The notes beneath the pieces are model-generated. The model saw only the letters and a list, made by a program, of their open reading frames with translations. It did not search any database and had not been told where the DNA came from. Below are positions 41,676-54,815 of a DNA stretch of 64,000 nucleotides, piece by piece. The position numbers and the translations under genes were made by a program. The DNA comes from the human T2T-CHM13v2.0 reference genome, Homo sapiens: NCBI RefSeq assembly GCF_009914755.1, contig NC_060929.1; one strand, given 5' to 3'. Position 1 is the first letter of the stretch. Each line of letters opens with the position of its first letter.

Positions 41676-44600
41676 TGACTGGAGGCAGTATCCTTGACAA
41701 GAGCATCATCACCCAAATCACCTGCATCCACATGAAGGGATGTACAGGGCTTTTCAGGTAGCAAAAGATAAGGAAGTGGGTTGGCCACATGCTCACATTG
41801 TTTAGAGGGATATGTGAGGAAGAATCATAGAAATAAACGCAGAAAACTTTGAGTGGGGTTAGAGGCCCCAAATCAAAGATGAAGATGAGAGCCAGAACAA
41901 GAGTACTTATTACTATTCATATGATCCCCATTTTTCTTCAAGGATGATAAGTGGTTTGGGGAACACGAGTTTCAGTTATATAATTTTATTTTCAGGGGTG
42001 CTATTTTGAAAATTTTTAAATAATAGGGTTTTTCTTTGTCTCTCCCCATTCTCTACCACCTTGAATCATGATATCTGGAAGCCTGTCTGCCATTATCACC
42101 CCAGAGAAAATTCCTTCCAGACTGGGAGAGAAAATAAAAGAAACCCTCTGTGGCAGGAAGAAAACAGGGAAGGAGAAGCCAAGCAGGAAAACACAGCCAG
42201 AGGCATGTGACCTACTTCCCAACTGAAGGTGAAAACCCTAGAAGACAGAGGTGATGGTGGGGTGGGGGGAACACAAGGACACTCAGGCAGTGGTTGGCCT
42301 CCTTTGGGAGGCCCAAGAAAACCTGCAAGCTTCTAGGAGCAGCCTGGCATGTGACTGGTGCCACATCCAGCATGGCACAGGAGTAAGGTGCCCTGGCAGA
42401 GAGGGATGAAAAAATAGATGAGCCTGAGGTTCTGCTCCCGGCTTTCCTCCACCTTCACATGGCTTCAAGGGATCATGGAGTTCTGCATATCTGGCGGACA
42501 GCATGCCCAGGCACTCAGAGACCTGCTGGATTGGCAGAGACATGGAGTCAGGACATGCTGAAGTAGGCAGGATTTCTTAATCAAAAGAAAATGACCAGAT
42601 CGCAGATTTCAGCAATCAGTGACAACACCTATTTCTAGAACTCCAGGTGGTATGAGAGGCACTTCAGTGTACAACAGGCCTATCAGAACAGGGAGGATCC
42701 AGAGGATACCTGGCAGACAATGCAGTCCCCTGTCCCAATGATATGAAATGACAGAAGACCCTCCTCCTACATATAGCAACATGCCATCTTAGAAAGGAGC
42801 TGGAGGAGGGAGCAAAAATCTGAAAATGGAGCTTTTACCTGTAAGAGAATAACATACAAAAGAGATCATTAAGGAGACAAATACTTTTTTGGCACTTCAG
42901 AATTCCCCTCTTCCACCAACATTGACCCCACCCTACACATATACCTAAAGGGGACAAGCCTCATGAGAAAATTATATCAACTGCAGGAAAGGCATAGTTT
43001 TCACTTTATCTTCACATCCAAGTTGACCCCAAAAATTAGTATTCTAAAACTCCCTCAAAATGTTATATATCTTCAACATTATCATGTCTGTTTATGAGAG
43101 AAAATGTAATTGTCATGGAGGGGGAGAAGAAGCAAAGAGAAAGAAAGTTCATGAGACAAAGGGACTGGTCTGGAAATTCCCTGCTTGGTCTGAGGACTAG
43201 TCAGTGGACATGGGAGAAAGTTGAAGGAGAGGGCATGTAGAACCATGGGGAGAGAGCCACACCAAGATGGCTGAACACAGTCCAGCATGTCAAAGAGAGG
43301 ACTAATGGTGTGAATGAAGAATACAATGGTACAGCAGGAGCCGTCAGCATTAATTATGACAAATCTATAACTGATGGAGATATTGGCATTTTCAGAATGT
43401 ATCTCCAATGTTGTGATGCATCTGCTACTGTGCCTTCAAATGACAGCAAGAAAAATGGTGAGGCATTTTTTCCATACACTGCATACTAAGCTTTGAAATT
43501 CAGTATTATTTCAGAGTCATAAATTATTGACTCCTGTGGAGTTTGAGGCACATGAGTTGTATAAAAAATGGAATCATGACAGAAAGATCATTCTGATTCT
43601 AACTTATTACAGGTCTATATGGAGTTATTTACAATAAAGAAGGTGCTTGTTTCCAGTAAAAGCCTAAAGTTTTCTTAATGCCATTTTTCAATACTGCACT
43701 GGCTTCGATGTGGGACAGAGTAGAATTATAAAGAGTTTGTCTTTGGAGGGACACCACAGAGATCTGGAAGAGTTCTGCAAAAGATCCCCTCAAAATAGTC
43801 TGCCTAAGCTCCAACTGTTGTCTAATTATGCTTAAGTATTGATGTTTCTGAGTTTCCTAATCTAAACCTATGCAGAGTCCATTCTTTGATGGGCAGCAAT
43901 TCTGAGTGTCTCAATAAATTGATGTGCAGATCTTCTGGAACAGTATTTGCATGAGGAGCTCCCAAAGGGAGTGTGAGTCAGGCAAACACCATTGTGCCAG
44001 AGACAAACTTCAGCCATGGGAGAAGATTGAGGATTCTGAGTGCAATCTGAGGTCCCTTGGGTTTGCCCTTCAGTCCAGCAGCAAGGGTCTATGGCAAGGA
44101 GGGAGAAATTGGAAATAAAAGTCAAAAGTCCTGTCTTGCTAAAAGCATTCAAATCAGAACTCATAAGAAACTGGCTAATTTTTTATTAGATGGTTTCTTT
44201 TATATAAAGATAAATAATTTTAATTATTTCTTTGTGATAACAGTTCCACAGAGAGGAGAAAAGCATTTTCTCCAAAATTGTTCCTGGAATTGTTGAAATT
44301 ATGGAAACACAGCCTTGGCCCCCAAAACTCCAACACATCAGCAAACGGAGAACACCACAGGCCCCAGCAGAAGTGGCAAAGACGTGCAGGCTGGGTATGG
44401 ATTCCTGACAGAGTCGGCAGTACACAGGGGAATTAGAGATATCCAGCAGAGGGGGCATCAGTACCCAGAGGTCAGTATGTGACCACTGTCTGGCCATGTT
44501 CATAAACACAACTGAAACATCTTGAGGACTTTAGATGTAACCAGTTGGGTAAGAGAAAGGACTTCACAGGAGATAGAACTCCTGAATTGGCAGAATGACA

Positions 44601-44730
44601 CAAAAGCCACATAGTACAGGTTATTACCATTAATATTGTTAACGTCCATATATAAGATTAGGTAGGTGTAGTTGGGGAACATGAATTACATAGAAGTCCA
44701 AGGCAAATTTCCGTAATTATCCTGAGAGTC

Positions 44731-44930
44731 CCAGGGATTCTTAACCTGAGTCCAGGATCCCTAAACAATCTAGATAATATTTAGGGAACACTCATGTTTT
44801 TGTAAGAAAACCTACATGTTTTCAAAATTCTGTGTATGTGTCTTTATGGATATTTCTTCTGATGAAAATGTTCATAATTTTTATCAGATTATCAAATGGG
44901 ACTCTGACCCCAAAAATGTTTAGAACCTGG
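44731..44930. mobile_element. hAT-Charlie non-autonomous element (MER103-like)
   Basis: TIR-like ends cagggattcttaacctg and atgtttagaacctgg; internal ttatcagattatcaaatgggactctgacccc. Confidence 0.6.
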
Positions 44931-46799
44931 AATATTTCCTGCAGCATCCCAAATAGATATCTCATTTCTTAGGACCCAGAGGAGAGAGAAAATGATCTTG
45001 TTTTTGTTTGGCAGGGCAGTGGGTGGGGGTTGGTCCACTCTGAGAGCTCTGGACTTGTTTTCAAAAATCTGTGATCAAGGATAACTTTGATCTTCGAAAT
45101 ATTTGCCCCTGCAATGCCAGAAACTCCCATCTAGGTAGTGGGGTCATATATTTCTCTCTTCTGTCCCCGACTTGCAGTACAGAGCTATGTTCAGTCTACC
45201 CAAAATAATCTCAACAGAGTCCAAAAGACAACCAATGCAAATTGCAAGAATATTAGCCATTTGCACATCATTTATTAGCCTTTCATTAGAATTTTTCTTT
45301 CACTGAAAATGGTGGAAACCAGGGCTGAGTGAAGACATTAAAATCAGGCTCTGTGTACTTACTGAGAAGCACAGTCTGGATAAGGAGCTAGGATACTGGG
45401 CGTGCTCTGATGGACATTCTTTATTGGCAAGGACACAGAATGGGAATTTTCAGTTTTGTGGTCACAGCACTTCAGCTGATAGCAGAGAACCATCCATGTT
45501 CCTGATGAGATGTATAGGTACTATCTACGTGCCTTGGGACTAAAAAGAAAAGAAAAAAGGCATAAGGGCATGGTTAAACAGATAAAAAAACAGACTTTTT
45601 TTTCTTCTTCTCATGACCATATTCTAGCTCTCTTCACCATTCAGTTGGGCTATTTTATATAAAGATAAATCCAATCAAATATTTAAGAATTACCAGTTGG
45701 TGACCTTAACTTCGCATCATTAACCTTGTAGGTGTTTCAGTTCTGCTGAGATAATTACCAGGAGAACAAGTTATAAATATAGGTTATTACTTCTGTAAGC
45801 AAAATCCACTGCAAAGGCAATTAGTTCTGAGACAAATTACCTAGGGAATCCACCAGATCCCTAAGGTCCTTCCATTATGTTCACTAGTCAATATTCTAAC
45901 GTGAGCATTAAATCAAAAATTTACGTTGCCAGGGACTTCTCTCCTCAGAACTTTAAACAGTGTCTCAGAAATGCACTATGCACACTAAAACCTACATCAG
46001 AGATGGTAATAAAAGCCTAATCTCTTTAAAACAGGAAAAACAGAATTGGTCACTTCAAAAATTACCTTGTGATCTATGGTACTGGGATAATCCAGAGAAT
46101 CTTTCTGACATACAGGGCCACAAGCGTACCAAAAAGGGGATTTTCAAAGGACATTTATTCTTGTTAAACTGTTTTAATGACAATAATTACTTATAATGGA
46201 GACACTTAACCACTAATGGTGGGATAATCTCAAGATATAACTGAACAGTTTTAGAAATTTAAGTCAAAATTAATCAATCTATCTAATTTTTATTAATGGA
46301 AGAAGAAAAAGTTCTCTGAAGACCACACTTTCTTATAAGGCTGTAAGTTTAAGGCAGCAGTATAATTAGAAAAAAAAAAAAGTTTATTAAAGGGCTAGCA
46401 ATTATCCTCAAATTAAAACATTTACAGCCTAGAGCTGTAATTAGGGCAAAGGTAAAGGAGAGATTCACAAAGCAATCCTGGCTGCTTCTGACTGCTCCTT
46501 GGATGCTGTCTTTGCTAATTCATTATCTTGATTCCACTGTTAATTATGTGGCTCCCCAAGGCTTGATAATGACTCTTTTTCTTCTTTACCTTTCCTTCTA
46601 TTTTATTCATTGCCTTATATGAGTTTAACAATTCTGATAGAGATTGAGCTAACATTGATTGATACCTTCTGAATGCTAAACTCTGTGCTAGGCATTTTTG
46701 AAGTTAACCGCAAATATAATATGCCTAATTTCATTGATTATTCCTTTCCACCAAACAGTTCCGCATAATATTCTAGGCTCTATCAAAAAACAATTCAGA

Positions 46800-46935
46800 T
46801 GTGGTGCAGTAGGGAGATAACTGAAAGTGAAGGGGTAGGGTTCTTGTCCCAGCTCTGTCACTGATGAACTATGTGGTCGGGAACACGTCACTATATTTCT
46901 CACAGTTTTAGTAAATAAAGATCTTGAACTAGATC
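46800..46935 (+). mobile_element. MIR fragment
   Basis: gggttcttgtcccagctctgtcactgatgaactatgtggtc..ttgaactagatc. Confidence 0.55.
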
Positions 46936-47200
46936 AAGAGCTGGAAACTGGTTGTCCACTGGACAAATCCAACATGCAGACATATTTGCTTGGCCTGCAT
47001 AATGATTTAAAAATCTGGAAGATTATGTAAAACTCTAGATTTCTGTCTTACAAAAGTAGAATATCCAAGCCTGATTTATTTGATGGCAATAATTGACTGC
47101 AGCCAAGCAGCAGCTGCCCCTTTAGGAAAGGCCTATATTCTCCTGTTTCTTACAATCCCCAACATACCCTATTGTATTATAAGTATTCCCCTTTATTCAT
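46936..47200. mobile_element. hAT-Charlie fragment (Charlie4-like)
   Basis: aaactggttgtccactggacaaatccaacatgcagacatatttgcttggcctgca resembles Charlie4-type termini. Confidence 0.5.
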
Positions 47201-47489
47201 TTATTTTATAGGACTTACTTCTTAATCAGATGGCCAACTCTAGCAAAAAAATGCTCTGGTTTTACTTCTAAATGTAGCTTATAATTTACTATATTTCTGG
47301 CTTCCTCCCTATCTTAGTTCAGGACCATAAGCATATATTTGAAGTCTATCTCAAATTTTTCAGTATTAATTAAATTCATTTCTTTCTTTGAGCTACTCAA
47401 ACCTTTCTAAATTCCGTTTGACAATTGACATCATAGCTAAACCCCCAAAACTTTAAAATCTTGTTTTTACTTTTCTCCATACTTGCAAA

Positions 47490-48445
47490 TGATATATAAG
47501 CTTATATATTTATATATCATATATGTTTTCCATATTATAATTCTATTTATATAATCATATTTATTTAATCATATTTATATAAATATGATTATATAAAATA
47601 TATACATATTATATGATGTATATTATGTATTTTATATAATATATATTTATAAATATACTTTATAAGTTTATATATTTATAATATATAATATAATACATAT
47701 TACATATATTATAATTAATCATATATTATAATTGTATTATATATTATATATTATTACATACTATATCATATATTATATTAGTAATATATTATCTATTATG
47801 TATATATGAATAATATTGAATATATTATTAATTTATTACATATTATGTATAATTATATTATGTATAATATGTAATTATATATTATTAAATATATTTTTAT
47901 ATATTATATATCTTATATAATATATTATACATTATATATTATATATTTTATATAATATATCATATGTTATATATTATATGTAATATATGATACATTATAT
48001 GTAATATATCATATACTATATATTATATATATAATTTATATTATATATATTATTATATGTTATATAATATGTAATAATATATATTATTATGATATATAAT
48101 ACATAATATATAATATGTTATAATATATGATACATAATATATAATATATTATAATATATGATACATTATATATAATATATTATAATATATGATACATTAT
48201 ATATTACATTATATATTATAATGTATATATATTATATATATAATATAATATATAATATACATACATATATGTATATTATATAATAATATATAATAATATA
48301 CATACATATAATATATGTATATTATATAATAATATATAATAATATACATACATATAATATATGTATATTATATAATAATATATAATAATATACAATATAT
48401 TATAATTAATAATTATAATTTATAATATATATTATAATATATAAT
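47490..48445. repeat. Long TA-rich low-complexity / minisatellite tract (~950 bp)
   Basis: Almost entirely A/T; recurring units such as tatattatatataataatatataataatatacatacata (three times, ~48230-48395) and ataatatatgatacat. Confidence 0.95.
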
Positions 48446-49925
48446 ACAACCATAGAACCATTAGAGTCCTTTATATTTAAATAAAAACAAATATAATTTA
48501 TACTTCTGTAGTAGAGATATTAGGTGCTTTTCCAATATCCATTCACCCATTATACACCCAGAGGAATATTATATATTATAATATTAAACATAGAATATAT
48601 ACATATTAAGCAAATGATATAAACCCTTTCTCAGAAATTACAATTTTCATTCTTTTATACCTAGGTTGTTATAGTCAGAAAGAATAAAATAAAGAATATC
48701 TTAGAAAAGAATAAAGAGTATCTTAGTAGAAGAAAGGATATCTTAGAATATTCTTTCTAAGCCTCTCCATAACCAATTCATACATTGAAAATAAGAACAT
48801 TTACATTCTTTATAAACCTAACAACTTAGTTCATCTCCTGAAGAGCAGTCATGGGTTTTAAAGATTGTCATAACAGAGACTAAAAATGACTCTCCATGAA
48901 CCATTCACTCCTGCTTGCTTAGTTACAAAACTCTGACTTTATTTTGGGTGTCAAGGCAAGAAGCTGAAAAACTACACTTCTCAGATGCTCTTTTTTTACT
49001 TTAATTTTTTAATTGATACATAATAGATGTAGATATTTTCAGGGTACCTGTGATAATTTAATACACTCATGTAATATATATAAAGATCAATTCAGTAAAA
49101 CTAAGATATCCATTACCTTAAAATTTATCTTTATGCTAGAAACAGTTGAATTATTTTCTTCTAGATATTTTGAAATACATAATAGATGGTTGTAAACTAT
49201 TGTCACTCTACAGATCTATCAAACACTAAGTTTTATTTCTTCTACCAAACCGTATAATTGTACCCATTAATCAAACTCTCTTTTTCCTCTCCCCTCCCCG
49301 CACCCTTCCCATCCTCTGGTAATCACCAATCTACTCTTAATCTTCATGAAATCACTCTTTTAGCTCCCACATGTGAGTGAGAACATCTGATATTTGTCTT
49401 TCTGTGTTTGGCTTATTTCACTTAACATAATGACCTTCAGTTCCGTCCATGCTGCTGCTGCAAATTACAGGATTTTATTCTTTTTATGGCTGAATAATAT
49501 TCCATTGTATATACATATAAACCACATTTTTTTTTACCCATTCATCCATTGATTGACACTTAGGTTGCCTCCATGTTTTGACTACCATAAACATGAGAGT
49601 ACAGATAGTGCTTCAATATATTGATTTCCTTTCCTTTGAATATGTACCCAGTGATGAAATTGCTGGATCATATAGTAGTTCAATTTTTACTTTTCTGGAA
49701 AACCCCCATTTCATAGTGGCTGTGCTAATTTACACTTTTATCAATAGTGTATAAGGGTTCCCCTTTCTCCACAGCCTGTCTTTTGGATAAAAGCCATTTT
49801 AACTGGGGCGAGATGATATCTCATTGTAGTTTTGATTTGCATTTCTCTGATGATTAGTGATATGGAGCATTTTTTCATATACTTGTTTGTCATTTGAAAT
49901 TCTTCTTTTTAAAAATGTCTCTTCT

Positions 49926-50252
<327 letters not shown>

Positions 50253-51468
50253 CTACTTTCAAATAGGATTCTTTGTTTTCTTCTGTTGAGTTGTTTTAAC
50301 TCCTTATATATTCTGGTTATTAATCTCTTGTCACATGGGTAGTTTGCAAATATTTTCTCCCTCCTGTGGACTGTCTCTTCACTTTGTTGATTGATTCCTT
50401 TGCTGTGCAGAAGCTTTTCAGCTTGACATAATCCCATTTGTCTATTTTTGCTTTGGTTAGTTGTCTGGGCTTTTGAGGTCTTACTCCAAAAAAATCTGCC
50501 CACGTTAATGCACTGGAGCATTTCTTCAGTGTTTTCTCCTAGTAGTTTCATTGTTTGGGGTCTTAAATTTAAGTCTTTAATGCATTTTGATTTGATTTTT
50601 ATATATTCTGAGAGCTAGGGGTCCAGACTCACTCTTCTGTATATGGTTAGCCAGATTTCCCAGCACCATTTATTGAATAGCCTGTCCTTTGGCCCTATTG
50701 TATGTTCTTGGCATCTTGAAATTGAGTTGGCTATAAATGTATGGATTTGTATCTGGGTTTTCTAATCTATTCCATTGGTCTGGTCTGTGTGTCTGTTTTT
50801 ATGCCAGTACCAGGCTGATTTGGTTACTATAGCTTAGTATTATATTTTGAAGTCAGGTAGTATGATGCCTCCACTTTACTGTTTTTGCTCAAGATTGCCT
50901 TAACTATTCAGGGTCTTTTGTGGTTCCATATAATTCTTTTGTTTTTCCTATTTCTATGAAGGATGTCATTAGTATTTTGATAGGGATTGCATTGACTCTG
51001 TAAGTTGCTTTGGTTTGTATTGTCATTTTAACAATATTAATTTGACTTCCTTCTTTACAATTTGGATGCCCTTTATTTCTTTCTATTTCCTAATTGCTCT
51101 GGTTAGGACTTCGGGTATTACATTGAATAAAAGTGGTGCAAGTGGGCATGCTTATCTCACTCCAGAACTTAGAGGAAAAGCTTTCCATTTTCCCCTTTTT
51201 GGTACTATGTTAGCTGTGGGTTTGTCACATGTGGTCTTTATTATTCTGAGGTACGTTTTTTCTATACCTAGTTTGTTGAGGATTTTTGTTCATAAGGCGA
51301 TGTTGAAATTTATCAAATGCTTTTTAGCATCTATTGAAATGATCATATGGTTTTTGTTTTTGGTTCTGTTAATGTAATGTGTTACAGTTATTGATTTGCA
51401 TATGTTGAATTATTCTTGTATTTCTGGGCTGAATACCACTTGATCATCGTGAATGATGTTTTTAATGT

Positions 51469-51900
51469 TGTATCAGTCTGTTTCTTTGTTTTGTTTTGTT
51501 GCATTGCAATAAAGAAATACCTAAAGCTGGGTCATTTATAAGGTAAAAGATTAATTGGATTATGGTTCTGCCGGCTGTACAGGAAGTATGGCACTGGCAT
51601 CTGCTCCTGGTGAGGGCCTCAGGAAGCTTCCGGTCATGGTGGAAGGCAAAGAGGGAGCAGGTGCCTCACATGGCAAGAGTGGGAGTGAGAGAGAAAAGTG
51701 GGAGATCCCTGACTGTTTTTAACAACCAGATATTGAGAGAACTAACTGAGCAAGAACTTACTCCTCACCAGAGTGAGGGCACTAAGCCATTCAGGAAGAA
51801 TCCACCCTATGATCAATACCTCCCACTATACCCCGCCTCCAACAATAGAGGTCACATTTCACCATGAGATTTGGGGGGAACACATGTCCAAACATTATCA
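51469..51900 (-). mobile_element. MSTB-type solo LTR inside the L1MA
   Basis: tgtatcagtctg..ggctgtacaggaagtatggcactggcatctgctcctggtgagggcctcaggaagctt..ccaaacattatca; perfect TSD AATGT (51464-51468, 51901-51905). Confidence 0.92.
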
Positions 51901-52614
51901 AATGTGTTGCTGGATTTGGATTGCTAGTATTTTGTTGAGGATTTGTGCATCTGTGTTCATCAATGATACTGACCTGTAGTTTTCTTTTTTTGTTGCATCT
52001 GTGTCTGGTTTTGGTATCAGGGTAATGCTCACCTTGTAGAATGATTTTGGAAATATTCCGTCCTCTTCAATTTTTTGGAAGAGTTGAGTAGAATTGGTAT
52101 TAGTTCTTTAAATGCTTGATAGAATTCATCAGTGAAGCCATCGGATCCTAGGCTTTTCTTTGATGGGAGTTTTTTTTGTTATGGTTTTGATCTTGTTGCT
52201 TATTTTTTTGTTGTTACTGTTGCTGAAGTTTTCTACTCCTTTATGTTTCAATCTTAGTAAGCTGTATGTTTACCAGAATTTACCCATTTCTTCCAGGTTT
52301 TCCAGTCTGTGGGTGTACAGTTCTTCATAATAGTCTCTAATGGTTCTTTGTATTTCTGTGGTCTGAGTTATTATGTTTCCTTTTTCTTCTCTGATTTTAC
52401 TTATTTGGGTAATCTCTCTTTTTTTAATTAATCTAGCTAAAGGTTTGTCAATTTTGTTTATCTTTTCAAAAGAACAAAACTGAGACTAAAAAACACAATC
52501 TAGCATATCAACAAAAAAGTTGTATTTTTTTTTAAAGATAAACAAAATTGACAAATCTTTAGCTAGACTAAACAAAGGTAGACTCTCGTCTCTACCTGGC
52601 CCATCTTCCTAGTA

Positions 52615-52915
52615 CAGGTTGAGCATCCCTAATTTGAAATCCTATATCTGAAATGCTTCAAAATCTGAAATACTCCTAAATCCAAAATGTTTTGAGTGCC
52701 AACATGATGCCACAAGTAGAAAAGTCAACACCTGACCTCATGTGATAAATGCACAAAATTATTTAAAATATTGAATAAAATTACCTTCAGGCTTTGTGTA
52801 TAAGATATATATGAAACATAAATGAATTTTGTGTTTAGACTTGGGACTCAACCACAGATATCCATTCTATGTATATATATGCAAATATTCCAAAACGCAA
52901 ACATTCAAAAAATCC
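52615..52915. mobile_element. Tigger4b-type DNA transposon fragment
   Basis: TA|caggttgagcatccctaatttgaaat..aaaattaccttcaggctttgtgtataagatatatatgaaacataaatgaattttgtgtttagacttggg. Confidence 0.85.
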
Positions 52916-54249
52916 TTCTTATTTTCTCTATTCAAATCACAATGACCATCCTTTTCTCAAAACTCTTTATATTTCATATTGTCTATTAAGACTTTCTCCA
53001 TTAAGAATATCAAGCCCTTGCCACCCCACTTACCCAGGAACCCCTCTGCCCCTCATATTGCAAGCTTCTTTCCTAGCTTTGTTATCACTGGGGCTGAAAT
53101 GTTTTACATAATGGATCAGAATCAAAAAGCAGAGAAGACCTTGGTATAGGGCAAGAGAAAGAGGTGGAAGCAATCAGGAAAGAGGTCAGGGAATGAAGAA
53201 GACTTCAGTTGCTTCTCAATTCACTGTAAGGAGTTTTGTTTTGTTTTGTTTTAACCCATGAAGACTCTTTATGCACTCAGGATCGAAAAAAAAACCATAA
53301 AGAGGAAGAATTTGAGGAAAGATCATTCCAATTAAAACAGTCTAACTAGGATTAAAAGAGGCACTTTTAACACATGGAGTAGAATGGAAACTGCCCCTAC
53401 AGGGCATTTTTAGTATTCCTATAAGGTTTAAAGTTGTCCTTCAGTCCGGTACATAGATTGAATCTCGGCTCAACTCCCAGAACCAACACCCATTCTCACA
53501 AAGTCCATGGTCTATAGGAGAATATCCTTAGGCCTGTCTTTGCTCATCTTATCACCAGAGTCTTAAGAGTTTACTGAGCTCAATATGCTTTCTTTAAGTC
53601 CTACTTCTCAGGTCATCTTTAGTTTCTCAGAAAACCACGAAATGCTTACCTATAGGCAATAAGAACAATGTGGCTGCCTTGCCTTTAACTTCTTCTCGGC
53701 CCTGCCTGCCATTCTGATCCCATTATAATAAAATCTATTACAGAAATCCCTTTCAGCATCTCTTATATTTAAAAGCAGTTACTGTGTTGCCTGCCAGCCA
53801 AGTAGAATGTCATAAAGGCCACTATCAAAGAAGGTAAAATGATAAAACAACATCCACAATAGAAAAGGAAAAACTAATGAGCCACTGACCTTAATACATT
53901 TATGTATCCCAGGGTTAGTTACGTGAAAATCCTTGAAACTTCTTTGAGTTATTAAAGAGACAATTTATTGGTTGAGTCATTAAGCCTTTTTAAAATACTC
54001 TTGGGGGGCAACATAGTTACTATGTCTTGGAATTTTATCCAGATTGCAAAAGAGCATCAGGGTTGAATATGAAATATCAGGATGTCTCAATAGGGATAAA
54101 CCCAGCACAGAAAATATGAAGGTGGGGATGGTCAGAGAACCAGGCCACAGGTGGTATCAAGCAGGCTGTCAGCAAGTAGCCAAGCCCAGCCATGTTTTTT
54201 TGAAACTCTCAGCCAAGACTCTAATCACTGGCAGGGTGCATTAGTTAAG

Positions 54250-54815
54250 CCTTTTGCAAAATTGAAGATACATAAAATTCAATGCAAATTTGTTTAAGCA
54301 AAGTAGAAAATAAACTGGCTCGGAGTTGGCTTAAGACATGGCTGCATGAAAGGACCCAAATGATGTTACCAAATATTCTCCATCTGTCCTCCTCTGCTTG
54401 GCTCTACTCTCCTCTGTATATTGGCTTCATTTTTTAACAGTTACCTTCAATGTCACAGAAATGGTTGCTGAAGCTCTAGATCATGCAGCTTCTTCTATCT
54501 TAGCCTGCATAAACTAAAGCACGGGTTTCTTGGTAGATCCTACAAAAGTGCTCTCCTTCTGACTCTGATAGAACCTGCCTGTGTCACATGCCTAGCCTTA
54601 AACCAATGACAAGGGCTTGTGAAACATGAATGACAGAACTGGGTCATGTGTTCCATCCCTGCAAGTGGGGAAGGCATGGGATGCAGTTACTGAAGAAGGC
54701 AAAGTGGGTAAGTGACACCTATAAATACTCCTGGGCCCCAGTGCTGGGAGAGTGAGTATATGGACAAAAAAAAAAAAAAAAGATAGGAGCACCCAGAAGA
54801 GCAGAAGACAAAAAT
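54250..54815 (-). mobile_element. Old MLT1 (J/K-like) LTR
   Basis: ggcttaagacatggctgcatg..ctctgcttggctctactctcctctgtatattggcttcatt..gtgtcacatgcctagccttaaaccaatgac..ctgggtcatgtgttccatccct. Confidence 0.6.
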
